From NCBI RefSeq assembly GCF_008831285.2, contig NC_045138.2, positions 37,510,001 through 37,574,000 of the forward strand: 64,000 nt of DNA. The letters are read 5' to 3'. The notes beneath the pieces are model-generated. The model was not told the DNA's origin and did not search any database. It saw only the letters and a list, made by a program, of their open reading frames with translations. The stretch is from Nymphaea colorata (lineage: Eukaryota). Shown here piece after piece: positions 28,801 through 44,362 of this stretch. Each line of letters opens with the position of its first letter. Positions within the stretch are counted from its first letter, which is position 1. The position numbers and the translations under genes are program-made.

Positions 28801-30000
28801 GAGCTCTTTTTCTTGTGCTCCTTAGTGTGCAAACTGCTTTTGTGATTATAGGTTGCAGCATACAGGTAGATAATCAAGAAGTTCCCTGTCTTTCTATCTG
28901 AGGGCCTCTGGTACGCCAGGCTTCTTCTCTATATCGTCCCTATCCATTTGACATTGGTAAAGGCACGAGTCCTGCTTGTAATTCAAATACAATTAGGGCA
29001 TTTAAGTCATCTTTTTGGCTATAGAAATTAGTGTAACTAATATGCTTTAATGTTTGTACTAATAACAATTTAATCCATTGTCCCCGGTTGTTGTGACATT
29101 CCGCCTTTTGTAATGACTAATAACAATTATAATCATAAAATCAACTAGAGCTATATTTGACCTTTTAACTTTTATTTATTTGAGGATTGAGGATACCTTG
29201 TATTGATAGTCCCGGTTTCTTCATGGAATTCTGTTTAAATCAGATGTAAACCTTCGTTTCCGTTTTATCTATTGTCCACTTATTGTTATTATGAACAAGG
29301 ATCCAATTGGATTTTCCTTTTTCATTTGGTTTCTAAGAAGAATTTTAATCACATTTTACACTCTCAGATGATTGAAGGATTCGCACCATTTTCTGCGAAA
29401 AGAGAAGATGAGATTGCAAAAGCTTATGCTTGTAAGGAAAGGCCCCCCTTTAGAGCTCCAGCAAAGCTTTATGCCCATGGTTTAAAAGAGTATGTCCTCT
29501 GGCAAGTTTCTCGTTAGTTAGCCATACCTAGAACTGCATTTACATTCCCATTTTCCTCCTACCCATTCTCTTGAATATCTATATGGTTTGAGGCTTTTCA
29601 TATTTTAATTCATATGCGTTTAAATTTATTTGCTCATTGGCAGAACACAATTGCTGGAAGTTTGTACTAACAATAAATTGGTGGCAGGTTAATAGAGAAA
29701 TGCTGGGCTGAGAGTCCTGCTGAACGACCAACATTTCGGCACATTGTAGCCAGCTTGGATGAAATCAATGAGCGTTTGGTTTCCAGTACATGGAAGGTGT
29801 TTTACTTTGTCACATCGTTAGCATGTGTAATTTTGTGTATATGCTGGGAAATCTCAAATTTACCAGTGGACTTAAAACTATGACAGGCAAAGGCGTTCAG
29901 ATGCTTCCGAAATCTCAAAGTTGTTTGGACGATTTGGCACAGGAAAGATCAAATTGGACCCAGCAGTCGCTCCTCTTACTTTGACCATTCAATAGCATGA
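22886..30000 (+). CDS. ILK: Ankyrin-repeat Raf-like kinase (integrin-linked kinase, ILK4/ILK5-BHP type), 461 aa
   Basis: 12 exons: 22886-23200 (ankyrin DIDDRTALHVAACQG...DRWGST), 24629-24703, 24827-24922 (EVPEYEIDP), 25844-25929 (GTFR...VAVK), 26073-26193 (LRHPNVVQFLGAVT), 27394-27473, 27596-27658 (HRDLEPS), 27771-27889 (NIL...DFG), 28708-28793 (YVAPE), 29368-29489, 29688-29796, 29887-30000 (TGA). Total 1386 nt, in frame. Confidence 0.95.
23674..24106. repeat. About 220-bp tandem duplication (2 copies) inside a GGTACG/CGTACC-rich MITE-like element in ILK intron 1
   Basis: Copies 23674-23892 and 23894-24106 are nearly identical apart from small indels. Confidence 0.9.
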
Positions 30001-31438
30001 CCATTTTCTACGCTCTGGTGCAGAACCATTTTCTTATTTCTGTATTTTGAGGTGGAATAACTGCCGCTCCCGTCAGATCCAGGAAGAGATGTGAGCATTT
30101 GGAAAGTGAGAAAGCACAGCTTCTTCCCACACGTGAAGCAAGAAAGTTTATGTAGCAAAGAGTGCTATGCATCGTTTACAGATGTCTCGGTATGTTCGCT
30201 CCATGATAAATTATGTTTGTTACTGTTTCGGGTGAGCAAGGGGTATTAATCCCACTATGTTTGTTACTGTTTGAAACAAAGTCGGGTGCTGTCATTTTCG
30301 TGACACAGTATTCCAAGTGAATTATTTGTTTCCATTAAAATCTTCATCTGAATAAGAGGGCAGCAAATTTCAGGTCTGATATTCTTTGTTTATATATATA
30401 TATAAATAAAAAGAGAGTGAATGTTAGATGCAGATAAGAAACAATTTCATCTCTTGATTTTTTTTTTTAGGTTGAGAGAAAAATATGTAACTAATACTAC
30501 TTAACAAAAATACTTCATCAATTTTTTCTAGCTTTTTTTTCTCTCATCCACTAGTAAGAAAAAAGGGTAAATAGCTGAAACCAAGAAATGTAAGCTTGTC
30601 CACCCCCATGAGATTCAATTCTCTCCCAAGAATGTTGTTGCCCCAGCAGCAAAAATGCATGAGCCATTGATCGGGAGGAGTCCGACAAATCTAAATGAAA
30701 CAGAGTTTCCGGGAGAATTACCCGGGAGAATCACCAATTGGACAACAATTCTAATAATTTTTTCGAATATGTTCTTCAATTCATTCGAGAGATGGCACCT
30801 CTGTTCGAATCCTCGATCCTTAATGATACTTTTTATATTCGCAATAATGGATCTCTGGTTGGCCATTTAACAGCCATGACCTGCCCTGCTGCACCATCTT
30901 GACGAACGGCAAGCAATTACACCAACTCCTTGCATGCACCCAATTGTTACAACGGAGTTCGACCGGTGCCCAATCCTGCCCAGAACTTGTGGACGGGGCC
31001 CGGTCCAACTGTTGGCATTAAATAGCTTGACCCGACCCGTTTGTGGAAGACCAAAGGTTAGATTTTCCTTCGACTTTTGGAGTTACTCCTAAACATTTTT
31101 TGAAAATTTGGTTTTATGAAAACCAGTTTTTTTTTATGAGTTTTAAAAACTTAGTTTATCACACCCAAAACTTAGTTGTTAAATAACATGTTACAAAACA
31201 AAGTTTACATCTAATCCGTACTGGCACCACATAGTTTTATATTCACCAAGAAACATTTTAGTATCAAATGCAAAAGCAGTTCGAGTATCCAAATACAATG
31301 GATCCGGTCCGATCCGTTGGGGAGTTGGGAGTTTCCTTCCCGATGAAGGGATCCTCCTAGACACTTCAAATCCTCGTTGAGACCCTCTTTTCCGGTAGAA
31401 AATAAATTCCCTCTCGTGGAATTGTGAATTCCTTCGCG

Positions 31439-32632
31439 ATGGCGTTGGGGCGCCACCTCCTCACCGCCATTCGCGCCTTCATCCTCCTCGTCATACTCCT
31501 CCTCTTCTCTTCGGCCTCCCGAACTGATGCGTACGGATTCCGGCAGTTTCAGACCCTCGTCTCCCTCGCCCATTCCCTCATGCGCCGCGTGGCGAATCTC
31601 CGGGCGTCGAGGGGCGACGTCGCCGGGGCTGCGAGGGCGCGGAGAATCGCCGAGAAGCTCGAAGGAGGGTGGGCATTCTGGCGATCCGCGTGGTCCGTAG
31701 GGTGGGACTACGCCCGGAACTACGCCTGGAGGGCATCGGTGTTCCGGTCGCCGGAGTTTCTCCCGGCAGTTGCGGAGCTGGAAGAGGTGCTTAGGGCACT
31801 GGGCCGTCTAGCGAGGGCGGAGTCCGAGGGGGAGAGGGCGAGGTGGGCGTCAAGCAACTATGCCAGGCTGCTTAGCGTCTCGAAGTCTTTGGTTCGGCGT
31901 CTCTCATCCGTCTTCGTCCAATCGGTTCGTTTTCTTTCACGTTGTTGCCTTGATTTCAACTGAAAATTCTGTGGGTCTTGCTTTATTAAATGCTCAACGG
32001 CGAGTGGTCGGCGTAAAGCCGGGTCGGCATCCGGAAGCAAGAACTTCTTGTTTGTTGATTTAATTAGTTTTTTGGGGTTGGTCAGCTAGCAATTCCTGGT
32101 TTGGTTTTCAGAATTTGGAAAAGATTTTGAATCTGGGATTCACCAACTTCTTGTTATGGTTTCAAAGACCTTCCACAACGATATATGTACGGTCATTATT
32201 ATATAACCGGTAATTGATTTGGAATCTTGGATTCACCGAACTGGTTATGATTTCCGCGATTTGCTTCCACAATGATACCTTTCTGGTCATCAGAATTTTT
32301 TAGGTTGCTGTTTTGCTTGTTTCTGCATGTAGAGCAGGTCAATTAGTCTTACCCGGATTTTTTAGGGCAGCAGAGTTTTACTTGCCAGTGGATTTCATAG
32401 ATGCTATTTATTTAAAATGCCTTAAAGTTCAAAACTGATAGTGCATGCTTCTTAACGTTTGCAGGGTCCATTGCATGAAACGATTCTGGTACTTCAGAGG
32501 GAGGTGGTGGAAGGAGAGCTCGTAGCAGATTGCGTTGAGTTGGGAGCAGCTGATTTGAAAGGCTTACTTCAAGTTGCCCACGATCTCATATTGCAGTTTT
32601 TCTCACCGTCTTCGGCTCGTTCTGATCTATAG
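31439..32632 (+). CDS. Uncharacterised protein with N-terminal signal-peptide-like segment and C-terminal RSDL, 217 aa
   Basis: GC-rich exon 31439-31924 (MALGRHLLTAIRAFILLVILLLFSSAS...GWDYARNYAW) splices GT-AG in phase 0 to exon 32465-32632 (GPLHETILVLQREVVEGELVADCVELGAADLKGLLQV...RSDL*). Confidence 0.85.
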
Positions 32633-33356
32633 AATGAGAGACAGATAGAGATAGAGTTGACACATGTTTGTTCAGTTTGGAAATTTTCTGATTAGCGAGA
32701 TTGTTGCTTTTTGTATAGGGGCATTCCCTAATCTGTTCAGTAAAAATGAAAAATGTTGTCCATTTCAATTCACGACGATTGTAGCGGGAGAGTTGATTCT
32801 ATTAATATTTAACGAAATCTTAGCCTGATGATGACCGTTTGAGAGATAACAACTAGAGATCCAAAATCTCTTCTGTGGGAACAAAGGGGAGACTTCCTTT
32901 CGTGCATTTATACTGAATTCCGGATTTACTAATTGCCATCTCCTGGATGTGGCAGCTCCCAGTTCCGGTATTCAGCAGCTTCAGCTTTTCCAAATGCATG
33001 AAAGCTCTGAGACCCTTTTCTCTTTGAAATTTTGAGTTGACGAGCTGCTACCGGATGGAGCAAAAGTAGGAACCATTAAATCTTAGTTTCAGTAATATCC
33101 AGTCTTTCGGAAGAACCACTAAATACATGTTCCACTCTGAATGACAGGAGCGAGTTTCACCTTTTTCCAGAATGCATCATCTTCCATTCCGCTGCTGTCT
33201 CCTGTCAAACCATGATCAAGGTAATTCGTACAAGAACTTACCAAATGCATAAGCTCCTTTTCTAGTTTAACGTTTCGCACGTACGGCTCACGATTGACCT
33301 GCTGAGGGTTGAGAAGAAAGTGCAGACATCGAGCAGCGAGACGTTGAGTGTGTGTA

Positions 33357-33434
<78 letters not shown>
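33357..33434. repeat. Compound microsatellite (AC)n(AT)n(AG)n
   Basis: Contiguous AC, AT and AG tracts about 220 nt downstream of the RabA2 stop codon. Confidence 0.95.
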
Positions 33435-33655
33435 CTTAAAGCATACAGATAAAAAAATAAATGAAATTCAATAGTTAATGGCTAGAGAGATTGTTGAAGA
33501 GAATATTTCCCAACCCATCTTAAAACCCAAAATAAGAAGAAAAAAGAAAAGAAAAAGACAGGTATTCAATACATGCTAGACTGCAAACAAATAAGAAAAC
33601 CACGCAACATATGAACTCCTTTACCCCTGCCTGCTTTCCTTCTTTATATAGGTTT

Positions 33656-37103
<3,448 letters not shown>

Positions 37104-38643
37104 CTAAAAGACCAGCCCTCTCCTGTCGACAAGAAGAAAAACCAGGAGAGTGGGGAACAACTCAATATGGGGAGGCACCACGAGTGTCGCCTCCCACCCA
37201 CCCTTTATTTCTTTCTTGTTTGCTTGTGTTGGGGAGGTGACACAATCAATGGGATGCGTGAGGCTTATGCTTAGAATTCCACCTTGACAGCAAAGATTTT
37301 GCCTTTCCCCATAACTTTCCCATCTTTTTCCCCTCATCAGTCATGATCTTTTTTTACTCTTTCCTTTTTCTTAGTTGAAATCTCGAACAATTAAAAGATG
37401 GTATCTCTCTTTTTCTTGCATGTGAGGTTGGAGCATTCTGGTCAGGACAGCTGAGATCCCTCCTGCCACAGTGCCACTGCTACAGGAACAGGACCCTCCT
37501 TTTCTCAAGCGTAGACATGATCGGTCCACCTGGTCCTGACCGGGGTTTGTCAGATTAAGACCAGGTTAGTTCGGACAATGTCGTCATCATCGTGCGGTAT
37601 CGGCTTCTATGGATGCCTCAACGCTCGCGTCGTGAATCATATGAAAATCAGAGTAATACATGTTAGGGAGTACTTTTTAATGTTTTTAATCATTCTCAAA
37701 TCGATGCAGAACAGATACCGACACTGACGATATTGGTGGTGGATTTTTTTTTTCTTTGGCAGCAGTTGCTGGCTTCTATTAATCAGAATTTTAAATTCAT
37801 ATTGCAAATCTTTTTTTTAAAAAAAAACTCAAGTTTTGGTGAATTAGATTTTAATTTCTTCCGTTTGACATCTTTGTTTGATTTTATTTCATTTAACTGT
37901 CCGAAGTATGTAAGAAACAGGCAGTTAAACGAAAGAGATTTAAGCTTAAGCATATTTTGTTATATCGCTAAACTTAAAGGTATCTTCTTAAAATGATTAG
38001 TTCATATTTCATATATCATATATAGTTTTGCTCATCCGATAAGGGCACTGCATTAAAAACCTCTAGTTTCAAAAACTGATTCTCGAATCAGATCCAAAAT
38101 TTACTCTTTACTTCATGAGTAGATCTTATCTAGGGTTCACCAAATTCATTATCTCAAAATCCGTGCATTCTACACCAAATCACATGTAAAAATGATTAAA
38201 ATATTCATGTCTTCCACTAGCAAGAAAGCATATTAGAATGGAGATGAAGTGGATCAAATTTATGGAACCTGGGCAACAATGTGACTCACACTTAAGGGGT
38301 TTGAGGCTCAAATTTTGTGATTATTATTATACTTTAGTATGTTACTCTTTTGGACTACAAACGATAGCAAGTGTGACACCTTAATTGAATGACGCACCAT
38401 AGATCTACCTAAGCCCCAAAACGAAATAGAACCTCCAAGGCATAGGGATATAGCTTTGGTGTTTAATGTCGCACATCATTTCCCCAAGTAAATATTAACT
38501 TGAAATTGGATCTAATACAACTAAAAGATGTCAAAACCCCATATACCAGATCCAACCCAACTACATTCCTAGCTGGAAGTCTGGACTTGTGGGTCTGAAA
38601 ATTCATATTGTTCTCTTCCGGTTGGTGCCATGTCATTTTTATT

Positions 38644-38910
38644 TAGGGATGTAAATTGATCTGATTTAAATATGATATCCAACAGAACCACACAGAAAAA
38701 AATTGATATCCCCATTAGGCATTTAGATACAAGAAATGATATTTGATCGGATTCAGTTCGAATTCAGATTTAATTAAATATTGACTGGTTTCATATTCAA
38801 TTCAGATCAGATATATTTTTCAATAAATATCTCTTACTCATATAAATATCCAAAAATACAGATACTGTAAAATATACATCGGATTCAAATTGAATCTATT
38901 GACATCTCTA
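38644..38910. mobile_element. hAT-like MITE
   Basis: TAGGGATGTAAAT...ATTGACATCTCTA (11/13 inverted, Ac/Ds-like terminus) with internal ATCGGAT-type motifs. No clean 8-bp TSD. Confidence 0.55.
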
Positions 38911-40408
38911 TACTTTTACTAGATGAATTAAGCCATGGTAGATTTGGAGACGATTTGATAAGTCAACACATAACAACCAACTTGACTCTCTAGACCTCCA
39001 TTTGATACCAAATTTTCTTAAACTAATCCGTCACCTTTTTTTCCTGTAAAGCTGCTTTCTTTATCTGAAAAGCTATTCTCTTTCTCGACCTTTTTCAAAG
39101 AAAGTAAAATTCTTTGCATTTGTCTTTCGAAAACTTTTATTGCAAAAAATGTGCCAATCGGATCTAGTTAGGTTCCCAGTTATTCATGTCTGTTTTTCGG
39201 GGACGCCAACAAGGCAACAAAGCCTCTACCTCGATTTCATTTATCGAAAACGATCAAGATTTACTTGTATAGTCACGGATCCGATGCCGAATCCTCCACC
39301 TTTTTTTTTGTTTTCCTTTTTGACATAAAGATTTGAATAAAATTAAAGATCCAGCAGCATTAGTATATTTTTAAACACAACTCCCAAAAATTGTTCTCTC
39401 GTTTCCAAAGTGAGGAAGGTGAACCTACAAGTTAACATTTGGATAAAATTAAAGATCCAGCTAGTTAATAAGAAGGTGAAGCTCCTATCATTTTTAACAT
39501 CTTGAAGATGTGTGCTTTGGGTTGTTCAAGATAATATCCTCGGTATGCTTTAACTTGCATATAGTACCTTTCATTTTGTCTGGAGTCCCAGACTATTTAG
39601 TAGTCCTTGCCTCATCCATTTCACTCACCCATTGAGGATTCGTAGCAGCTTCGGTTATTGTTAAAAGAAACTAATGAGAATAACTAATCATTTAGTCAAT
39701 AGACTTACAAAGAATTTCAAAAAAAAAAAAAACATTTAACACACGATAATGCCTTACAATATGTGGTATAACAACGCTATGAGGAAGTCTGAATTTAAGA
39801 AAAATGATAAAATTGAAATTTGATATTGGGTCTTCAATTAAACACCTTTCACATTTTCCTCTTACCACCTATGATATGTACCCGATCGAATGCATGAGTT
39901 GCCGACATCTTGGAGTCCTACCATCACCACATTATGACTCTTGATCGGGAACTTGGTGAAATTTTGATTAGATGAGAGAGTAGAATGTTGGGCCTTGAAT
40001 GAACTTGATCGGACCGGTTTGAGCTCGGCCGTGTACGTCCTATTCAAGTATGATCTGATTGACATTAATCATGAAAGAGATCCAAATATATTTTTTTCCA
40101 AATAAATCATGCTAACAAAATAGCCTCTGCTTTTCAGGTTAGAGTTTAGACATCAATTTCAGAATAATTGCATCAATCAATCAATGACAGTGTTATAATA
40201 TTTATTAAGGCCCCCGTTAGTTCCTGGTCCCTACCAAAGATATTATTAGTTAATCTCTCATATCATTCATGATTCAAAGCACACTTCCGGCTGCACCAAA
40301 AGCCATCAGGTAGCAGAAAGTCAGAAGCATAATCTAGTGCAATCAAATTCAGAGAAAGAACAGTGCAGTAGTTCTATATGATCTTGAAGAAAACTATTAG
40401 AACCGAAC

Positions 40409-40578
40409 CAGTGTTGTGATCAGTATGGTTGGTAAGCATCGAATTTTTTATATTTTCAAATAATTAAATAAGTCGTTGAAATATTTAATAAAGCAAAAAG
40501 TAGTTTTTCTTTTGTGCTCCGGTTTCACCTAACATCATTTTCTGGTGAAAGGCCTGACAGCCGAAACCGGTATCACTG
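40409..40578. mobile_element. Possible degenerate hAT MITE
   Basis: CAGTG...CACTG termini with flanking 8-mers AACCGAAC / GACCGGAC (6/8 match). Confidence 0.3.
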
Positions 40579-40682
40579 GACCGGACGACCTAAGGGGCCT
40601 GTCCTTTTATTAGTCTGTAAAAGGCCAACTTTAATAATCTTTGTAGCAAGAGCACTTTAACGGTGCACCAACCAATGAAAAT

Positions 40683-42451
40683 CACTACTACTGACTTAGA
40701 AAGGGTGCAGCGCAGCCGAGCGGCGAGGTGATTTGATTTACAAAAAAAGAAAATGTGGGGTGATCGCTGTGCACTCGTTGCAACAAATGTTGTATGCCCT
40801 GACGGGTGGACTTCCGTTGGGAAATGGTGCAGAAATGAGCCGACGAGATATATGATCGGCAAAGAGGAAAGGTGCTTAGATCGATGTGCTTCATCAATGC
40901 CTATTTTAAAAATCAGTTTTGTCATAGATTTAGTGGTTGGCAAAAAATGCTTGGTAACGATGAAGGAAATCAGCTTAGATTAGGGTCTCCCAAAAACATT
41001 AATTGCTGCGTTGGTGTGGCGTCAAGAAGGTCGATGTACTTCCCCAAATTGAAGAAGACAGCTCTGCCAGAAGGCCTACCGCAGTCTGCTCGTCTACGCC
41101 CCTGGCCTCTGCCAATGCATCAATGGAGCCATACTCTTCGAGAAGACGCTCTACCAGTCCACCATCGATGGCCAGTAGATGGTTAACGTCCTCGTCCGCC
41201 AGAATATCGTCCCCGGCATCAAAGTCGATAAGGTATTATCTCAATCTGTGAACCAAGTAATGTTCTACCACATCTTGATGATGATGGTGATGTCGATGAC
41301 ATGGATATGGGTTTACCATACAGGGTTTCCTCTTGCTGGCTCAGACGATGAATGATGAGGTATTGATGGTCTGGCCTCTCGTTCTGCAGCATGCTATCAG
41401 CAGGGTATTCGCTTTGCCAAATGGTTACTATCTTGTCCATTTCATGCGTTAGATTGTTCTTATTTGTGCTCAATCATCCATCTAAAACCAGAGTCTACAT
41501 CAAGCATGGCAAGTCTTCTACTCTTTACCATCAATAATGACGTTACTGTTTCTGACTTCAACTAGTAAATTCGATGATTAAAAGTTTGACTGTGTAATGG
41601 GGTTCGAGAGCAAGCTTCAGAATGTTCAAGTTTATACCTACTGTCACTGGATGTGCAATCACTACTTGTTTGGTCTTTCTTCTTCTCTAGAAAGCAGCTC
41701 ACTGATGATGGGACTGACTACAATTCCGAAACAGTCGTACTGTTGTGAGCATTCTAAATGGACCATCTGCCCTGGCTGTTAAGGATGCTGCTTGGGGCCT
41801 TCCTCGTTATGCTGCAATCTCCCAAGTGAGTGCAATTTAGACATCACATGGCAGGAGCTTTTTCCCAGATTCACGTGGAAGCTTAGAACTACAACTTTTG
41901 AAACTGCTGTTTTTCTAACTCGTGTTTTTTTTTTAGAAAAAAAAATTACAAAACAGGACAATGGTTTGGTTCCCATTGCTGAGCCAGAGGTTCTGTTGGA
42001 TGGTGACCATGGCATTGACAGGACCTTCGAAGTGGCCAAGAAGGTTTGGGCAGAGGTCTTCTTCTACTTGGCTGAGAACAATGTCATGTTTGAGGGTATC
42101 TTCTTGAAGCCCAGCATGGCCACCCTGGTGCAGAGTGCAAGGAAAAGGCGACCCCTGAGCAAGTTGCTGCTTACACCCTGAAACTCCTCCACTACCGCAT
42201 CCCCCTTGCTGTTCTTAGCTTGATAGTCGCACTCTTGGTTGATTACAATCAGCTTGTAACAGCTGAACAAATGAAGCAGCAGGCTAGCAGCAGGTTGCCA
42301 AAAAAAAATCCATCGTACCAAATCTTTTGTACATGTAACAGTTGGATTCTAGAATCTTATATACAAGTTATTTGATGTATTATATAGTTGCCAATTCTGT
42401 ATACCATCTACCAAAATGAAAAAATATTCATCTTTGTCTTTCAAAATGGTC

Positions 42452-42491
<40 letters not shown>

Positions 42492-42675
42492 GCTCCAGTT
42501 CCAAACTGTTGGGAAATATGTATCTCATCCCAACGATTGTCAGCGTCGAGGGTGATGATCTGATTTCCCAACAGTCTTTACTGTCGTGAACGAAGTGCCG
42601 ACAAAATCTTTTTCGAGGGCTCGTAACCGTCGGCATGGCAAATTGCCGTCGGCAATGAGCATATACGTTGTAGTG
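40683..42675. mobile_element. Non-autonomous CACTA (En/Spm)-like DNA transposon carrying a captured gene fragment (candidate Pack-CACTA)
   Basis: Left end CACTACTAC (40683) and right end GTTGTAGTG (42675) form an 8/9 inverted match. Subterminal CCGTCGGCA x2 (42627, 42646), GCCGAC...TCGGC, and C[C/T]GTTGGGAAAT at both ends (40814, 42506). 3-bp flanks AAT/ACT (one mismatch). No transposase. The left boundary is less certain than the right. Confidence 0.65.
41068..42222 (+). pseudogene. FBA: Truncated, intron-containing plastid-type class I fructose-bisphosphate aldolase pseudogene fragment
   Basis: Four exon remnants: 41068-41232 (AYRSLLVYAPGL...GAILFEKTLYQST..*MVNVLVRQNIVPGIKVDK; TAG at 41176), 41324-41423 (deletions, TGA TGA; GIDGLASRSAACYQQGIRFAKW), 41735-41825 (RTVVSILNGPSALAVKDAAWGLPRYAAISQ) and 41957-~42222 (DNGLVPIAEPEVLLDG...LKPSM, 1-bp frameshift near 42124, then PGAECKEKATPEQVA). 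N- and C-terminal exons are absent. Confidence 0.92.
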
Positions 42676-42978
42676 ACTATTTTTTTAACTACAAACAGTG
42701 ACATGTTTTACTCTCAATTGAAGAGCATAATCAGTTAATCACAAGCGCACCTCAATCATGATGCAGCTTTGGACCGGGGGCAAAAGGGAAGAAAAGAGGT
42801 TTCAGCCGCTCACTCAGACGTCAAAGTTTTCTCCCGCTCGCCCAAAAACTGTGGTGTACTTGCTCCGGCCTGGTCATCAACTCTACCAATTAAATTTTTG
42901 TACTTCTTAGAGAATAAAAGAAAAGGAGGATAAGCCATAGACGGATTCATAATTTCCCATATCAAGAGTGGGCAAAGG

Positions 42979-43028
42979 AAGCCCCTGCAACTTCATCATC
43001 CGCAAAGCCCCTGCAACTTCATCATCCG
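42979..43028. repeat. 24-bp direct duplication
   Basis: AAGCCCCTGCAACTTCATCATCCG x2 separated by CA. Confidence 0.9.
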
Positions 43029-44362
43029 TCCAACATTGAGCAGCGTGCTTTTAATAACTTTACGTTGTTATCTTAGACGATCTTCATCAGGTTATATATA
43101 GGAGTCTAAATTGGGACTTTACAACTCAAGACTTGATTTTTCTGTACCCAATGCAATTTTCCCTCTACTTAGTTTATCAGGCCGCGGTCCATCTATAATA
43201 CTCTACCTAATACATAGATTAAAGTATATGAAGATGAATGAGATTTACGTGATGTATTAATAACTTTTCTAGTTATGATTTTGTTTGTAGTTTTTAATTT
43301 CCATAAATTTTAATGCAAAAGCCTCCTATAATTTACAATACTTGTCAAGAGTTTCACGAGGAAAAACCAATTTTGAAACAAAGAAAAAGTATATAAGGAA
43401 AACCTTCCTCCCATTAAATTAAATATTCAAGACTGTGTTGAAGATAACGTAAATGGTCTGGTTTCACCCATAATTTGGGAAGACAATGGTCATAGAAATT
43501 ATGATGTACATAACATACGTATCTGAGTGTGGAGCAACATATATTTGAAAGGTGTTCTGATAACTTGACTATCGAATTATCTCACTTTTGAATGAACTCT
43601 CATTGTGGAAAGCTCATAAATAGCGATCAAACCATTTCTTTGAGTAATGAGAACAAAGATCAAGTGTCAAGGTCTCCGCAAGTTCATTAATGAACACAAA
43701 TTAATCGATTGTGAGCATCCAAGAAGTGAGGGCCGACGAGACTCGTGTCTTTACCCTCCACGATTCAAGATTAATGCAATCGTACTACAGTCGTTCAGCC
43801 TAAATGAATACGCTGCTGTACACAGAACTGCGTATGCGTCCCTAGGGCGAGACTCAACCCCACACCATCCACGCTACGGTGACCACACTCCACTCACACG
43901 CCATTAAACTCAAGCAGGCCTCTGCCTCTTTTATATGTGCACTGCAGTTGGCCATGCATGCTCGGACCTAGATCCAAACCAATCTTCTAGTTGTTTTGAT
44001 TTCCTGTGAAACTTCTGTCAGTTTATTTGAATTCGTTTTGATGAGCAACAAATTCTCTCACAAAATTCCAAAATCTTAGAGCATATTCATCCTGGCCTTA
44101 CGTATTTAGACATTTATTGCATCTTGATAAATAGAAGAATACAGTCTGTCATCTTTCTTTCTTCCCTCTGGATTCAGCGTATAGTCATCATGACCTTGCG
44201 TAGGACGGTCTACTCAACGTAATGATTCTTCTCTATCTGTGAGTTCTGAGTATGTTCATCAATGGCGTCGTCCTTGCATGCTATACGTCTGCCCCATATG
44301 ATGACTTCTGTGTCTCCCTCTCTTTTCCTCTTAAAACGTGCTCGCTGGCTTCCCAAGAAAAG

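Noticed and set aside
31211..31573. 120-aa acidic minus-strand ORF
   Set aside because: Antisense to the GC-rich first exon of the uncharacterised gene.
41792..42181. 129-aa ORF as a functional aldolase
   Set aside because: Reads through an intron and a frameshift, upstream exons have stop codons, and both termini are missing.
41068..42222. Aldolase remnant as a processed retrogene
   Set aside because: Introns are retained and there is no poly(A) tail.
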